Positions 1 through 13,027 of a stretch of 64,000 nt of DNA are shown here, in pieces. This DNA is from Eledone cirrhosa (lineage: Eukaryota), in NCBI GenBank assembly GCA_964016885.1, contig OZ024740.1:233740001-233804000 (forward strand), read 5' to 3'. The notes under the pieces were generated by a model that saw only the letters and a program-made list of their open reading frames with translations, was not told the origin of the DNA and searched no databases. How positions within the stretch are numbered: position 1 is the stretch's first letter; each line of letters begins with the position of its first letter. Made by a program: the position numbers and the translations under genes.

Positions 1-44
1 GATCAAATGTGATGTTTATTTTTTAATACATACATACATACATT

Positions 45-262
45 GTGAAGGCGTGTGGCTGAGTGGTTAGAGAATTGGATTCACAATCTTGAGGTTGTGA
101 GTTCGATTCCTGGACCGGGCGATGCGTTATGTCCTTGAGCAAGACACTTTATTTCACGTTGCTCCTTCTACCTGGAGTTGCGACCGATAGATAGTACTAG
201 CAACTGGAAAGACCAACGGAAACATTGTTTCCCCGGTCAGATTTGACGAAAGTCGATCGACC
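45..262 (+). mobile_element. tRNA-derived SINE, family A
   Basis: Box A (tggctgagtggtt) and box B (gttcgattcc), followed by tgtccttgagcaagacactttatttcacgttgctcc; second copy at 45068. Confidence 0.8.
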
Positions 263-1018
263 CCCCCCCAAAAAAATGCATACATACAAAGCATGTACAC
301 ATGCACACATACAACTCAAAACATACACATCCACACACACAATAACATCCATATCTACACATGCAGACATAATCTACCTAGTTGATGTTGTGTAAATTCT
401 TATGAGAGAGTCTTGTATCTATGTTAGAAACCGACTCTCTCTCTATTCTCAAAAATTTGTGAATTTATAAAACCAGAAGAACATATACATACATACATAC
501 TTACTTACATTCATGTATACATACAAGGATGTACTGTAGGTTCTGTATGGCCATTGTACCAATGGCCTGCCCCAGTAGTCTTCTTACAAACATCGGGATA
601 CTGAATCAACTTCTTCGTCCCTTTTATGCTGCTAGCGTTGCGAAACACTCAAATGCCTTACACTATAATACAATGAAAAAATATGTCTAAAAAATTTCAG
701 AGCTTACTTTGCACAATTGGCGAAACAAACGCGAGAAAAATAACTTTATAAATATAGCTGAATATATTTCTTCAACGTACAAATATATAACATTTTTCAG
801 ATTATTAAATATTGGTCGATAAATTACGCTGAAATAAATACTGGGATCAATATGCTCAACTAATGGGTTAAAGGCAATGTCTTAACGTAATCGCAGTTCA
901 AAGAATTAAAAAAAGACTAAGAGAAGATATATATGTCTGTGTGTGTGTGTTAGCGTGTTTGTGTGTATGTGAGTATATGTGCATGTGCACAACACATGCA
1001 TATAGATATATATGATTT

Positions 1019-1092
<74 letters not shown>

Positions 1093-1216
1093 AACGCACC
1101 TCCTACATTACATATATATATAAAAATTAAAGTATAGAAATTGTTGTGAGCATGAAGCCAACAGTATTTCATAATATTTCTAATGAATGAAACAGTTCTA
1201 GTCCTGTAGAATCTCA

Positions 1217-1254
<38 letters not shown>

Positions 1255-1257
<3 letters not shown>

Positions 1258-1476
1258 ATAATAATAAATTTGAAGACTAAAATCCAAAGAGGGCTCCATA
1301 AGGATAAATATATATCAAATATATAAGAACGGTTGAGCAAATATTTATTAAAATAACAGATTAAAGTTTAAGCAAAGAATCGCTGCTTTCGCCCTTAACG
1401 GGATCTTCTGAAACTCAAAAGATCCCGTTAAGGGTGAAAGCAACGATTCTTTGCTTAAACTTTAATCTGTTATTTT

Positions 1477-1482
<6 letters not shown>
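1255..1482. mobile_element. PLE family A 3'-end fragment with inversion, between (TA)n tracts
   Basis: 1255-1415 is the reverse complement of about 3906-4045; 1418-1482 is a forward partial copy. HHR-like motif on - at 1365-1415. Confidence 0.75.
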
Positions 1483-1532
<50 letters not shown>

Positions 1533-1588
1533 GTGAGGTTTTTTTTTACAAAATGAAAAATAACCGAGGTGTCCTACACGAGTGAAAG

Positions 1589-1690
1589 GATAAAGAAAAA
1601 GAGATGAAATCGAAAATGCAACTGGAGTCTTTATTTTTTTTAAAAATAAGACTCCAGTTGCATTTTCGATTTCATCTCTTTTTCTTTATA
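1589..1690. repeat. Foldback palindrome between (TA)n tracts
   Basis: aaagaaaaagagatgaaatcgaaaatgcaactggagtctt pairs with aagactccagttgcattttcgatttcatctctttttcttt. Confidence 0.8.
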
Positions 1691-1819
1691 TATATATATA
1701 TATATATATTATGAAATACTGTTGGCTTCACGCTCACAACAATTTCTATATTTTATTTATATATATATATATATATATATAATGTAGGAGGTGAGTTTTA
1801 TTGTAGCACAATAAAGCAA

Positions 1820-1856
<37 letters not shown>

Positions 1857-1858
<2 letters not shown>

Positions 1859-2176
1859 CAAGTAAGAAAATAGAATAGCTTTCACCGTATTTTTGACTAA
1901 AGAAATTTTAGCCAGATAATGGGGTTTAGAACCCTCAGATAAATGGAAAAAGATAAGTATTGACGTACATGGGAGTCGAATCCACATCTTTGGTTATCCA
2001 GACTACTGTGCTACCATTACACCAACACATCACCCATCTCCTTCCGTCTGGATAGCCAAAGATGTGGGTTCGACTCCCATGTACGTCAATACTTATCATT
2101 TTCCATTTATCTGAGGGTTCTAAACCCCATTATCAGGCTATAATTTCTTTAGTGAAAAATACGGTGAAAGCTATTC

Positions 2177-2184
<8 letters not shown>
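1857..2184. mobile_element. tRNA-headed element in inverted arrangement within (TA)n
   Basis: The - strand of 1961-2032 folds as a tRNA-like cloverleaf (tggtgtaatggtagcac; gtggattcgactcccat). 2046-2184 is an inverted partial copy. Confidence 0.7.
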
Positions 2185-2233
<49 letters not shown>

Positions 2234-2268
2234 TAAACAGTACACGAAACATATCGTCATTAAGCAAA

Positions 2269-2361
2269 CGGAAGTCTGTTGAGCTTTTGATTTCAGAGTC
2301 AAGCCCAATCGATAGAGATCAAACTATGAGCTGATTAGTCGCGAAACGCGCGTCACGCCTG
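2269..2361 (+). ncRNA. Degenerate type I hammerhead-like motif
   Basis: ctgttga ...about 60 nt... gaaa-cgcgcgt-c (palindromic stem III), imperfect stem I, then aataaa. Confidence 0.45.
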
Positions 2362-2551
2362 AATAAATTTGATGATAATTTGAGATCTCGTCTATACTTA
2401 TTACTATTACTCTCTGCCTAGAACAAACCCTAAGTACATACAGGAAAGTACGTATCGAGTGCTCAATTTGGTGAACCAACAGTACCGATCCTCTGCGAAA
2501 CTGGCGTAACAGGTCGATACACAATAATTATTATATGCATATATATATATA

Positions 2552-4045
2552 TTTATTAAAATAATAGATTAAAGTTTAAGCAAAGAATCGCTGCTTTCAC
2601 CCTTAACGGGTTGACTGCCCCCTATCCGGGAAATGCCTCTCTAGTAACATTGTCTAAAAATCTAAGGTTGAAACACCTACATAGGGTTAACCGCCAATAG
2701 ATTCAAGCAGCGTTTTTACATGCATACCCATTCTTTTCTTAACCCTTTAAGAAGGAATATGACGTCACTTTCAGATTATATCTGGAGTCTAAAAAACAAC
2801 CACACCCAATATAAGTTACACAGGGAGATCCTAGCTAGGGCTAGATCGTATAACGGAAATAGAAGACCATGTGACCTCTGCGTCGCTGATGCCCTGGAAA
2901 TATTCTACGCCAAAGACCACATCTTAAACCAAAAATCTGAGGCAATTTCGGCTTGTAAACATAAATTGCACAAAACTTTCCTGTATTATAGCCCCACGTT
3001 ATACCCTAATGGATAGTACGAACTATACGTGGATATTTTACGTCTTCATGTGGTAGTTAAGTATATGTTATGTTTATACCATTACTTATTTGTATAGGTT
3101 AGTATATATTACCTATATGTTTTGTGAAGGTACGTATAATTTCTCGTACGTATACTTGCTTGTATATGTTATGGCGTATATATTATATATACTGGTACAT
3201 GTGCATTTGGTTATGTATATACGTAAGTTTGCGTCTGTGTGAGTATGCGGGTTCGTATGTATGTAGGGTGTGTGTATATGTGTACTTTGTATTTTGGTTG
3301 ACGTACGTCCACGAACATATGTGTATTTACATGTAAGTATGTGTGTGCGCGCGTTATATACGTATTTATATGTGTATATTTATATATATTATGTATACAC
3401 ACACACACACACATATTTATACATATATTTTTTTTAATATATATTTGTATGTGCATTTTGTGTATACGTTCATATGTGTGCAGGTACAGGCGTTGCGTGG
3501 GTTCTGTATGTGCGTGCGTGTTTTTTTTGTGTGTATGTGCTTGTATTTGCATACCCATGGCGAGTGTTTTCGCGTATGCTTGTGTACGTACGTATATGGA
3601 TGCGTGTATGTATATATTTAATTTCAATTACCTCTGTATTTTATTTACTTTATTCTTAAATCTGTAGCCGAGAATCATTTGGTTGCCTAAATAAAATTTT
3701 AGTCCACGACTTCAGTTATACAATTTACGTGGTTTTGTCTTTGCGTGTAATTGTTTTCACCGCTCCATATAATGTCGTATTATCTTCGTTTTTTCCGGTC
3801 TTTGCCAGGGAACGTTTCCAAGAACCAAAGTATCGTCTTCCTGTCTTCTTTCGGTTGCAACGTTTTTTGAAATATTTACTTCTGCGTTCACAGATTGACT
3901 TTTTTAGTTTCAGAAGACCCCGTAGGGTGAAAGCAGCGATTCTTTCCTTAAACTTTAATCTGTTATTTTAATAAATATTTGCTCTACAGTTCTTATATAT
4001 CTGATATATATTTATCCTTATCGAGCCCTCTTTGGATTTTAGTCT
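2552..4045 (+). mobile_element. 5'-truncated Penelope-like element (GIY-YIG C-terminus plus 3' UTR) with short inverted 3' copy
   Basis: ORF 2720-3016 (HTHSF..TSLSDYIWSLK..CDLC..ILNQKSEAISACKH) aligns by eye with the PLE endonuclease at 56992-57963. 2552-2610 is the reverse complement of about 3920-3978. (TA)n on both sides. Confidence 0.85.
3906..3954 (+). ncRNA. Hammerhead-like motif with CAGAAGA core (PLE family A)
   Basis: agttt-cagaaga-c ccc gta ggg t-gaaa-gca...tt-aaact. Copies on - at 1365-1415 and 27684-27734 have an intact gca/tgc stem III. Confidence 0.55.
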
Positions 4046-4061
4046 TCAAATTTATTATTAT

Positions 4062-4140
<79 letters not shown>

Positions 4141-4193
4141 TATATATATATATATTATATTATATATATATATATTATATTATATATATATAT

Positions 4194-4238
<45 letters not shown>

Positions 4239-4263
4239 ATATATATATTATATATTATATATA

Positions 4264-4339
<76 letters not shown>

Positions 4340-4340
<1 letters not shown>

Positions 4341-4532
4341 AGGGCGGTGAATTGGCAGTATCGGTAGAGGGTCGGACGTTTGCTTTGACGCACAGAGTTA
4401 CGGCCCTTGTCATTCTGAGTTCAAATCCTGCCGAAGTTAACTTTGCCTTTCATCCTTACGGGGTCGATAAAATAAAGTACCAGTAATGCACTGGTTAATT
4501 GTTGGCCTTGTGCCAAAAGTAGAAACAATTAT
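4340..4532 (+). mobile_element. tRNA-derived SINE, family B
   Basis: tggcagtatcggtagag...gagttcaaatcc...ctttgcctttcatccttacggggtcgataaaataaagtacc; more than 10 copies in the window. Confidence 0.85.
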
Positions 4533-4549
4533 ATATGTAATATATAGGT

Positions 4550-4870
4550 ATTTCCTTTCTGAATTTGTTTAGCAAGATTCTTTATCTGAAAACGTGTGTT
4601 GAAACCGATATTGTTATATATAATAAATTTATAAATTTAGGAATTTATAAATTTCCGGTTGGTTGGTTGGTTGGTTCCACAGAAGAGGTCACAGAATGTT
4701 TGACGAAAGAACTTTAACAATATATAAACAACCATCTGGTTGTGGAACTAACCACCCAACCGGAAATTTATAAATTCCTAAATTTATTAATTTATTATAA
4801 TAAATTGAAGTGAAAGCAGCTGGTGCCTGTGTTTCTTATTGGCAACATGACCCTCCCAAAGTATAACACT
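4550..4870. mobile_element. HHR-bearing (TA)n-inserted repeat family C, rearranged copy
   Basis: Shares sequence with 37686-37840 and 44425-44800; truncated HHR core at 4680-4718. Confidence 0.7.
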
Positions 4871-5115
4871 ATATATATTATATTAGATGTAATATATAAG
4901 TATTACACATTATATTATATAGAACATATATATATAACAATGAATTGTGGTAAGGAACCAGATGGACCATAACGCACCAGAGTACTCAATACTTACCGTA
5001 GTAGAGTGGGAAATAGGAAAAAGTATGACCCCGACAGCAGAGCTCAAGCCGTTTCGACGGCTATTTTGGGGCTCAGTCCAGAAATAGCTCTGCCGTCGGG
5101 GGTCATACTTTTTCC

Positions 5116-5316
<201 letters not shown>

Positions 5317-5847
5317 TTGTGTGTGTCGTTGACTAAAATTCTCCTCGATTATCTAGCCAAAACTAACCTGTGTTTCCCGCTTGCTCTCCGCGCCCGTCCA
5401 TCCCCCGACTCAGCCAGCTCCTCATCACTTTTTATCTGATTAGCCTTTTTTCATTCATATATATTCGTTACACTTATCTATTCACTGCTTTCCTGTCTAC
5501 AGAAAGTCTGCGTCGCCACCGGAACCATTATCCCCACATACACCAACTACAGTTACCATCACCACCACTACACCACCTTCACACCACCACCACCACCACC
5601 ACCATCACCATCCAACAGTACCGCTATAAGCTCCACCTACGTCGTCATCATCATCATCATCATCGTAATCATCAACAGCAAACTAATAACAAAATAATAG
5701 TAATGCTGTTATGGTGAAAGGACGAACATTCTGATTACAGGAGCTCACTTTTTGGTTCCCCCCCTCTATCTTTCTCATACACATTTACACACACATGCAT
5801 ACACACACACACATATATATATATATATACATACCCCCCCCCCCCCC

Positions 5848-5910
<63 letters not shown>

Positions 5911-7299
5911 TCTCGCTCTCTTTCTCTTTCTCTCTCTCTTTCTCTCTCTTTTTTTCTCTCTCTCTCTCTCTTTCTCTCTCTCTCACACACTCTCACACAC
6001 ACACACGTACCCGCACATACACACGTACACACTCACATACACACACACAAACACGCAATCACACACACGTGCAGACAGACACATTATACTCTTATATACG
6101 GCACTACATGCCGTACCTAAAAATAATCTTGACGAGTGCAAGTCCCAGTTATTTTATCTATATATTCGTACATAACTACAGATGCAAGCGAGATTACTAT
6201 CTCCTGAAGATAATCTACGTCACAACGTCACCCCATCTAGCGACAATTTGGCACGTGTGTCTGTTTTTCTGCTCTGTTGGATATTTGTGGATGAACGTGT
6301 ATGTGTGTTCTTGTCTGTGTATACATGCGCGTGTGTGTATGTGTGTTTATGTGTGTGTTTTTGCGCGATTGTGTACGAATGAATTAGTGTTTGTGTGTAT
6401 GTGTATGTGTTTTGTTTATATGTCTCAGAATGAGAATTTATGTATGAATGTGAATCTGTTTGCGTTGTTATTTACGAGTAGCTCTACGTGTCTCTACGTC
6501 AGTGTGTGAGTATGTGTCTGCCTTCATACGTGTGCGTCTGGGTGGAGGAAAATACGTATGGGAATGGGTCGAGCTAATATCTAACATGTTATTGAAGAAG
6601 AGCAGATGCCATTGTAGTATTTGTTAAACCTGAAAAAGAAAAGAAACATCAAGTTTGTTGACTTGTATTTCAAACCCGTTGGTGATCGAGTTTTCTTATC
6701 AAGTAGAATCAATTTATTTGGGATGCCGTCAAGATTGTTTGTCGATGCAGCAGCAATACCATCCAAAATATATGTATTGTAATGTATATTGGTCTTTGTA
6801 ACGTGTCGGCAAAAAATCGTGACCGAAGTATTTCAGTACTGACTATATATTTACTTCTTCCACGCCTACTAGTCATGAGATGTTCATGGGGTAGATTTCA
6901 CAGACACGCTTTCTCGAGAGTTCTACCAGAACAACCGTCTCTAAATGATCCGCTTGGATCCACAAGCGAGTCCAACCGAGTTCATAGATATTATCCAGCC
7001 ATCTTTTCTTGGTTTGCCTCTGGGTCTCCTGCCGATTGACTTTGCTCGGAAAATCTATCAAGCATTTTGGGGGTGCTAAATATCTATAGATATATTTTGT
7101 AGTACAGTATAACGTTGAAAGAAAACAGTTAATGTGCGGGTAAGTTCTTAAGCAAACCAGTTATATTTGCATTTGTGGTCATTCTAATCACTTCAGCCTT
7201 AATAATTTCTGTTTCGCTGTTTTGTCTGCTAATGTCGTTGTTGAGTTTTTTTGTTTTTTTTAAATGATTTGGACGGTAAATGTTAAAAATATGATAACA

Positions 7300-8065
7300 G
7301 TCGCGATGGGATTACCTTGAAGCTCTTACATTTCGGGTCAATGATACTGTATATTTCTTATAGGTGCTAGAGGCCAACGGATATCCAACAAAACCACCAG
7401 TCGTCTTCAGAAAACTTAAGACTTCGTGAAACACATCTTTCCTGAAGTTGCCACCCTTCGACGACAAGAAGACCGTGGCTACCCGCAGGTCCATCCACGG
7501 GGTTGGTTTGGATATACAGTTAGCCAACGCTGATCTTTCATTGCGGAAATTCTGATAAACAAAAATGGTTTGAAGATGACAATAACCGATCCACGGTGGA
7601 AACTGCCCTTACCGCCATACGAGCTTACAAACATACGTGTTATCCTGTGCACGAAGTGCGACGAATTCTACATCGACAGTCCTATAAGACAACTACAAAT
7701 CCGTATCAAAGAACACCCCAACACATGCATCTCCCTTCAAGAAACACATAACTATTGAAACAAGGGATGGGAATACCGGAAATCCCATTATAAGAGACTC
7801 TATAATTGTTTCTACTTTAGGCACAAGGCCAGCAATTACCCAGTGCATTACTGGTACTTTATTTTATCGACCCCGTAAGGATGAAAGGCAAAGTCAACCT
7901 CGGCGGGATTTGAACTCAGATCGTAAAGGGACGTAACTATGCTGGAAAGCATGGCGTCCGACCCTCTACCTATACTGCCAATCCACCAAGACTCTATAAT
8001 AATAGCCAAACTGAAACCCCAAATTGACGATAAACTAGAACTGAACACCCAGTGGCTAACATAGA
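7300..8065 (+). mobile_element. Degraded Penelope-like RT-thumb/GIY-YIG fragment interrupted by a SINE
   Basis: LEANGYP, LCTKCDEFYIDSPIRQLQIRIKEH, and after the SINE IIIAKLKPQIDDK. Confidence 0.6.
7807..7988 (-). mobile_element. SINE family B with 12-bp target-site duplication
   Basis: agactctataat at 7795-7806 and 7989-8000. Confidence 0.85.
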
Positions 8066-8593
8066 TATACACATTAGAACACTTTATTCCATTTCAAAAT
8101 AGTACAACAATAGCTTAGCTCAGAACATTGCTTAAATCACATACAACGAGATCCTTTCAACACTTCCAAGTTGGTAAAATAAAAAAAAATCACCGTTTTC
8201 AAATTATAAAAAAAAATGGCATTTTAAGAGCGATACAAAATATAAAGCTCCGAACTGGTTTCTTTTATTACTCTTTGGATGAAGGAGTTTTATACCAAAA
8301 TATAAAAACCTATAAATAACTGCAAGGCAACAGCCCCAACACCATTGCTATCATATAGTTAACATTTAACCACACAATTCGCATTGTACTAGCTTTCAAA
8401 CAAAGCACTATATTCTACACTTTACACAATACTTCAAGCAAACTAAAATACCCCTATATATATATATATGCCAGGGGTAGGTGTATGTATGTGTGTAAGT
8501 ATATGTACATATGTATATATATATATAGATATGTCCCAATGCTCTGATACCATCAACACCATAAACACAGAGCTGGCATATCTAAGAACTGAC

Positions 8594-8653
8594 TTACTGC
8601 CTGATGAGGTCATAGCCATTCAATGGCTATCATCGAAATATATATAGCAGTAA
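8594..8653 (+). ncRNA. Type I hammerhead ribozyme (family D)
   Basis: ttactgc-CTGATGA-ggtcatagcc attcaat ggctatcatc-GAAA-tatatata-gcagtaa, followed by aataaa. Confidence 0.8.
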
Positions 8654-8690
8654 ATAAAGGATTATGAGTTCATGCAATTGACTTGTTTCG

Positions 8691-8775
<85 letters not shown>

Positions 8776-8864
8776 AGTTTATGTTGGTTGTATAGCAACA
8801 CCTCAGTATGCAGGCTGGAGCACTCGACGAAGTGCGCAGGTTGGTTTGGTTACTCCGGAGTAGT

Positions 8865-9380
8865 GTAAAATAAAGTTAAATAAAAGTCAAATGATTAAAA
8901 TTTAGCTTCGTTTATTACTGCTATATATATTTCAGTGACAGCCATCTTTGGCTGTGACCTTTTCAGGCAGTTTGAATTAGTATGGTATAGACAAGTACAT
9001 ATGTTGTTTAGGTGTATGATATTGTCAATACTCTGATATGCCCAGTTCCTTGTTGGGTTGTTAATTCACTGGGGAACTGGAGTCATAACTGGAGTTGTTA
9101 ATTCACTGGGGAACTGGAGTCATAACTGGAGTTGTTAATTCACTGGGGAACTGGAGTCATATGACTCCAGTTCCCCAGTGAATTAACAACCCAACAAGGA
9201 ACTGGGCATATCAGAGTATTGACAATATTATACACCTAAACAACATATGTACTTGTCTATACCATACTAATTCAAACTGCCTGAAGAGGTCACAGCCAAA
9301 GATGGCTGTCACTGAAATATATATAGCAGTAATAAACGAAGCTAAATTTTAATCATTTGACTTTTATTTAACTTTATTTT
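8865..9380. mobile_element. Palindromic family D element with HHR in both arms
   Basis: Arms about 8865-9086 and 9161-9380. HHR on + at 9276-9330 (CTGAAGA) and on - at 8917-8971 (CTGAAAA). Three 37-bp repeats at the centre. Confidence 0.8.
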
Positions 9381-9982
9381 ATATATATATATATATATGC
9401 CAGGGGTGGGTGTATGTATGTGTGTAAGTATGTTTACATATATGTATATATATTATGGCTGCCCCTTCGATATCGTGTATGGCCATTATATATATATATA
9501 TATATTTATGTGTGTGTGTGTGTGTGGTTTGTGTTTGTGTGTGTGTATGTCTGTGAGTATATGAATGTATGTGTGTAGTTTTCCATGAATATATTCTTGT
9601 AAAAAGTATATACGATAGGGTGTCTTCGAAAGGCAATCACTTAGCTCATGTAAGTAACTGTTCCGAGCTGTCTGATAGCTAGAAACGATTTGTGACAGTT
9701 GTGGTGGCTGGAAATCAGCTACTTGAAAACAATCTCTTCTCGGTGATCTCCCAACTTTCTATGCTTATTTCAATATCTCGTTAAAGTTCATATCACAATA
9801 TATATATTTTTTCTCTCACTAACATAAAACTTGAAATACGTAATTTCACTAACCAAAAACTCGGTTGTAAATATATATATATTGGCAATTTCTCATTCAA
9901 AATTCATAGCAAATTTTCACATATACCATTTGAACATATATTAAACCTTTCGTGTATTTTTTATTATTTTTTTGTATCTTAG

Positions 9983-10105
9983 AACCAACGAAGAAATGGT
10001 CTGTCCTGTGCCAATTGTCAGACAAGAACTACTACACTTTGGCGTAGAAATGCAGAAGGTGACCCAGTCTGTAATGCATGCGGCCTGTATTATAAGCTGC
10101 ACCAG
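9983..10105 (+). CDS. GATA456: GATA4/5/6-type transcription factor, C-terminal zinc-finger exon
   Basis: ag|[41 protein letters not shown]|gt; upstream exons are not found in the window. Confidence 0.95.
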
Positions 10106-10134
10106 GTATATTGAGCTTATGAATAAATATATAC

Positions 10135-11243
10135 TGAGAGTTTTACTGGGAACAAAGCAGGAAAGAAAATACTACGGGATAGTTTTGGGACTAAGTTTAG
10201 TAAAATGGCACTGAATGAAATAAATTTAACCGAGATCATCACCAGAGATGCTAGACTAATACGCTTGCTTATAACATAGACAACTAAGAAAACATATTCA
10301 GTGGTACGATCTCCAGATATTAATGCAAATTTCTTTGAAATTGTTTCAGAAGTACTACAAGGTGACACTCTATCATCCTATACCTTAATCATTTGCTTGG
10401 ATTACATTCTCAAAACTTCTGTCAATACTATTAAAGACAATGGATACTACATCCACAAAAGTGTAATAGATATTCACAAATTTCACAGATGCAGATTACG
10501 CTCATGATTTAGTGATACTCTCCGATTTCATACGTCAAGCAGAAAGACGTCTTCATAATCTTGATCATTCAGCCAACGATATCAGTCTCCATGTTAACTC
10601 AGACAAAACGGAATACATAAGCTTAAATCAAAATAGAACAATCAAAACAGTATCCCGCACACCTTTAAACTGCGTAGTAGAATTTACTTATCTCGGTAGT
10701 AAAGTCTCTAGCTTTGATAGACACACACATACTGGTATGACCTGCGGTGCCATCGTTACGTTATCTCTAGTGTGAAAATCTAGACTTCCAGACAACATGA
10801 AAACGAGCCTTTTTCAAGCAACTCTTACCTCTTTTCTATTGTATGACTGCTCAGCATGGATCCTTACTTATAAAATGAAAAGAATATTTGATGGAGCCTA
10901 CACTCGCATGGAAAGAAAGGCTTTACATGTCACTTGGAAAGATCGTCTGACCAATGAGCGACTGTATGGTAACCTTCGTCCAGTATCTGACATCATCAAT
11001 TAGCATAGAGCCAGATACGCCGGGCTAAAGATGAAATTGTTAGTGAAGTTCTTTTGTGGGAGCCTACACAAGCAAGAAGTAACAGAAGATGTCAAGCCAA
11101 CATCTATATCAAGCAGGTTTGTGATGACATAAACTGTAACACTTAGGACCTCCTGAATATGATGAACAATAGAATTGGATGGTGACAGAAAGTCAAGGGA
11201 ATCTGTGCAAGCAGTGCCACCTATTGATTGATTGATTGATTGA
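10135..11243 (+). mobile_element. 5'-truncated, degraded RTE-type LINE
   Basis: VLQGDTLSSYTLIICLDYIL, FTYLGS, LLYDCSAW, DGAYTRM; (ttga)n tail at about 11224-11243. Confidence 0.85.
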
Positions 11244-11480
11244 TCAATCGCCTATCTCCTCAAGTGTTCCTGTGTATCTACTTACATTTTGAATAAATAT
11301 AAACTTCAGTGGTGGTCTTGATGTAAATTTTTATTGACTTGCAACGCTTGGTTCAATCCTTTTCACGTGACTGGGAGAGTGATATCACTAAGTCTCAGTT
11401 GTCTAATAATTTCAGTCTGTCTGCTTGTCATTGCATCCTCACTCTGGTTTTGATTACGAGCTGCCTGCCATTGTTTATTT

Positions 11481-11672
11481 GTGGTGGATTGGCAGTATCG
11501 GTAGAGGGTCGGATGCCATGCTTTGTAGCATAGAGTTAAGCCCCTTTACAATCTGAGTTCAAATCCCGCCGAGGTTAACTTTGCCTTTCATTCTTACGGG
11601 GTCGATAAAATAAAGGACCAATAATGCATTGGGATAATTGCTGGTCTGGTGCCAAAAGTACAAACAATTATT
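11481..11672 (+). mobile_element. SINE family B
   Basis: Matches the 4340-4532 copy. Confidence 0.85.
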
Positions 11673-11942
11673 TATTTGTGCAGCAGCAACACACCCAGTA
11701 TTAAACGTGTCAGATATAGTTCATCAATGACCAGATAGATTTAACACCTCGGTCTACACGAAATCCCACCCCAATATAAAAGGAATATACGACAGCTAAA
11801 AATTTCGTAGATGATATCACTATGAATGTGAATTTATGAATATATATCAAAGTTAGCTATAAGTGAGAAGAAACTTTATAAATCGCTATACTCTCGGGAA
11901 ATTATAACTATTTAATACTTAATTTTTCCGTTACTAATTCAG

Positions 11943-12069
11943 GTGAACCGTCCAATGTCTATGAAGAAAGAAGGCATCCAAACTAGAAAACGAAAAGAGA
12001 AAAAGAACAGCAAGGTTCGCACATCCAGCAAAGACCTGCTTAATGATACCGGCAATGTATCATCGTTTG
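11943..12069 (+). CDS. GATA456: GATA4/5/6 basic-region exon
   Basis: ag|VNRPMSMKKEGIQTRKRKEKK...SSF g|gtaag. TRKRK rather than TRNRK indicates the GATA4/5/6 class; splice phases are compatible. Confidence 0.93.
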
Positions 12070-13027
12070 GTAAGTCTTCACTTTCAGTGAACTTGTGGCT
12101 CTTTATGGCCAATGTATAACAAGCGTAATATCGTGATAAGGCAATAAAGCATAATCTTTAGGCCCAACACTGAACATTTAAACAGTTTTGTTTGTTTTCG
12201 TTCTCTTTCCTTCATTCACTGTTTCTTTAGATCAACATTTTATAATTTTTTTAGTACAATGTCTGATGCTTTTTTTTTTTTTTTTACTACATACAATACA
12301 TATTAAATTATTTTAGCGGAGTATCTCGATTTGTAATAAGCAATATCTCATTAGGCTTACTTCCTGAAAAAGGTTGTTCTTGCCTGACTCAGTTGAACGT
12401 ACGTTTTCATTCTAATGTTGGTTTGGCTGGCTAACTAAAATTTGCATATTGTTAGTCTTTTCATCTCAGTGAAGTGAAAAATAGTTGTAATCTTAATTGA
12501 ACGTTATGTGTAATTTTTAATTGATAGATTATTTTCCGGTTGTAAAATGTGTCTGTGTTCACTTAAATCTTCTGTAGCTCTGGCTAACTCGAAAAACTGC
12601 TCTACACACTCTACACTATATATACATTCTGCATAATTTTTTTTTATGATACATCACATCATAGAGGTTCCTGCCATTTAGTAATGATTGAAATTGAGAT
12701 ATGCGGTAGTGGCTTTCCAAGCATTAAACAATAGAGTTCTGCTCCTAATTTTAGGGATAGTCAATGAAACATTTGTCAAATGTGAGGAAGCCTCACTACT
12801 GATAACTTATAGAATGATAATAACGCAACACCACATTTGAGAGCCAAATTCTTAATTTTTTTTCACAGGTCATTCCCATATCAATGAATTCAATATTATT
12901 CAATATTGTTTTCCAATAACATATAGATAATTAAATAGTAAAACAATATTTTTAACATAACTGCCTTTTTTTGTTTCATAAGCCATCCTATTTATTTCAT
13001 TTTATTGCATTTTCATTTATTTTTCAG

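Noticed and set aside
45-125. Functional tRNA genes at SINE heads
   Set aside because: Imperfect cloverleaves that run into SINE bodies present in several copies.
2111-2175. ctgaggg...gaaagcta as a hammerhead
   Set aside because: Core position 9 mismatches and no stem I forms.
9057-9160. 37-bp repeats (and the 41-bp repeats at 38181) as CRISPR arrays
   Set aside because: Contiguous tandem units with no unique spacers, no cas genes, eukaryotic context.
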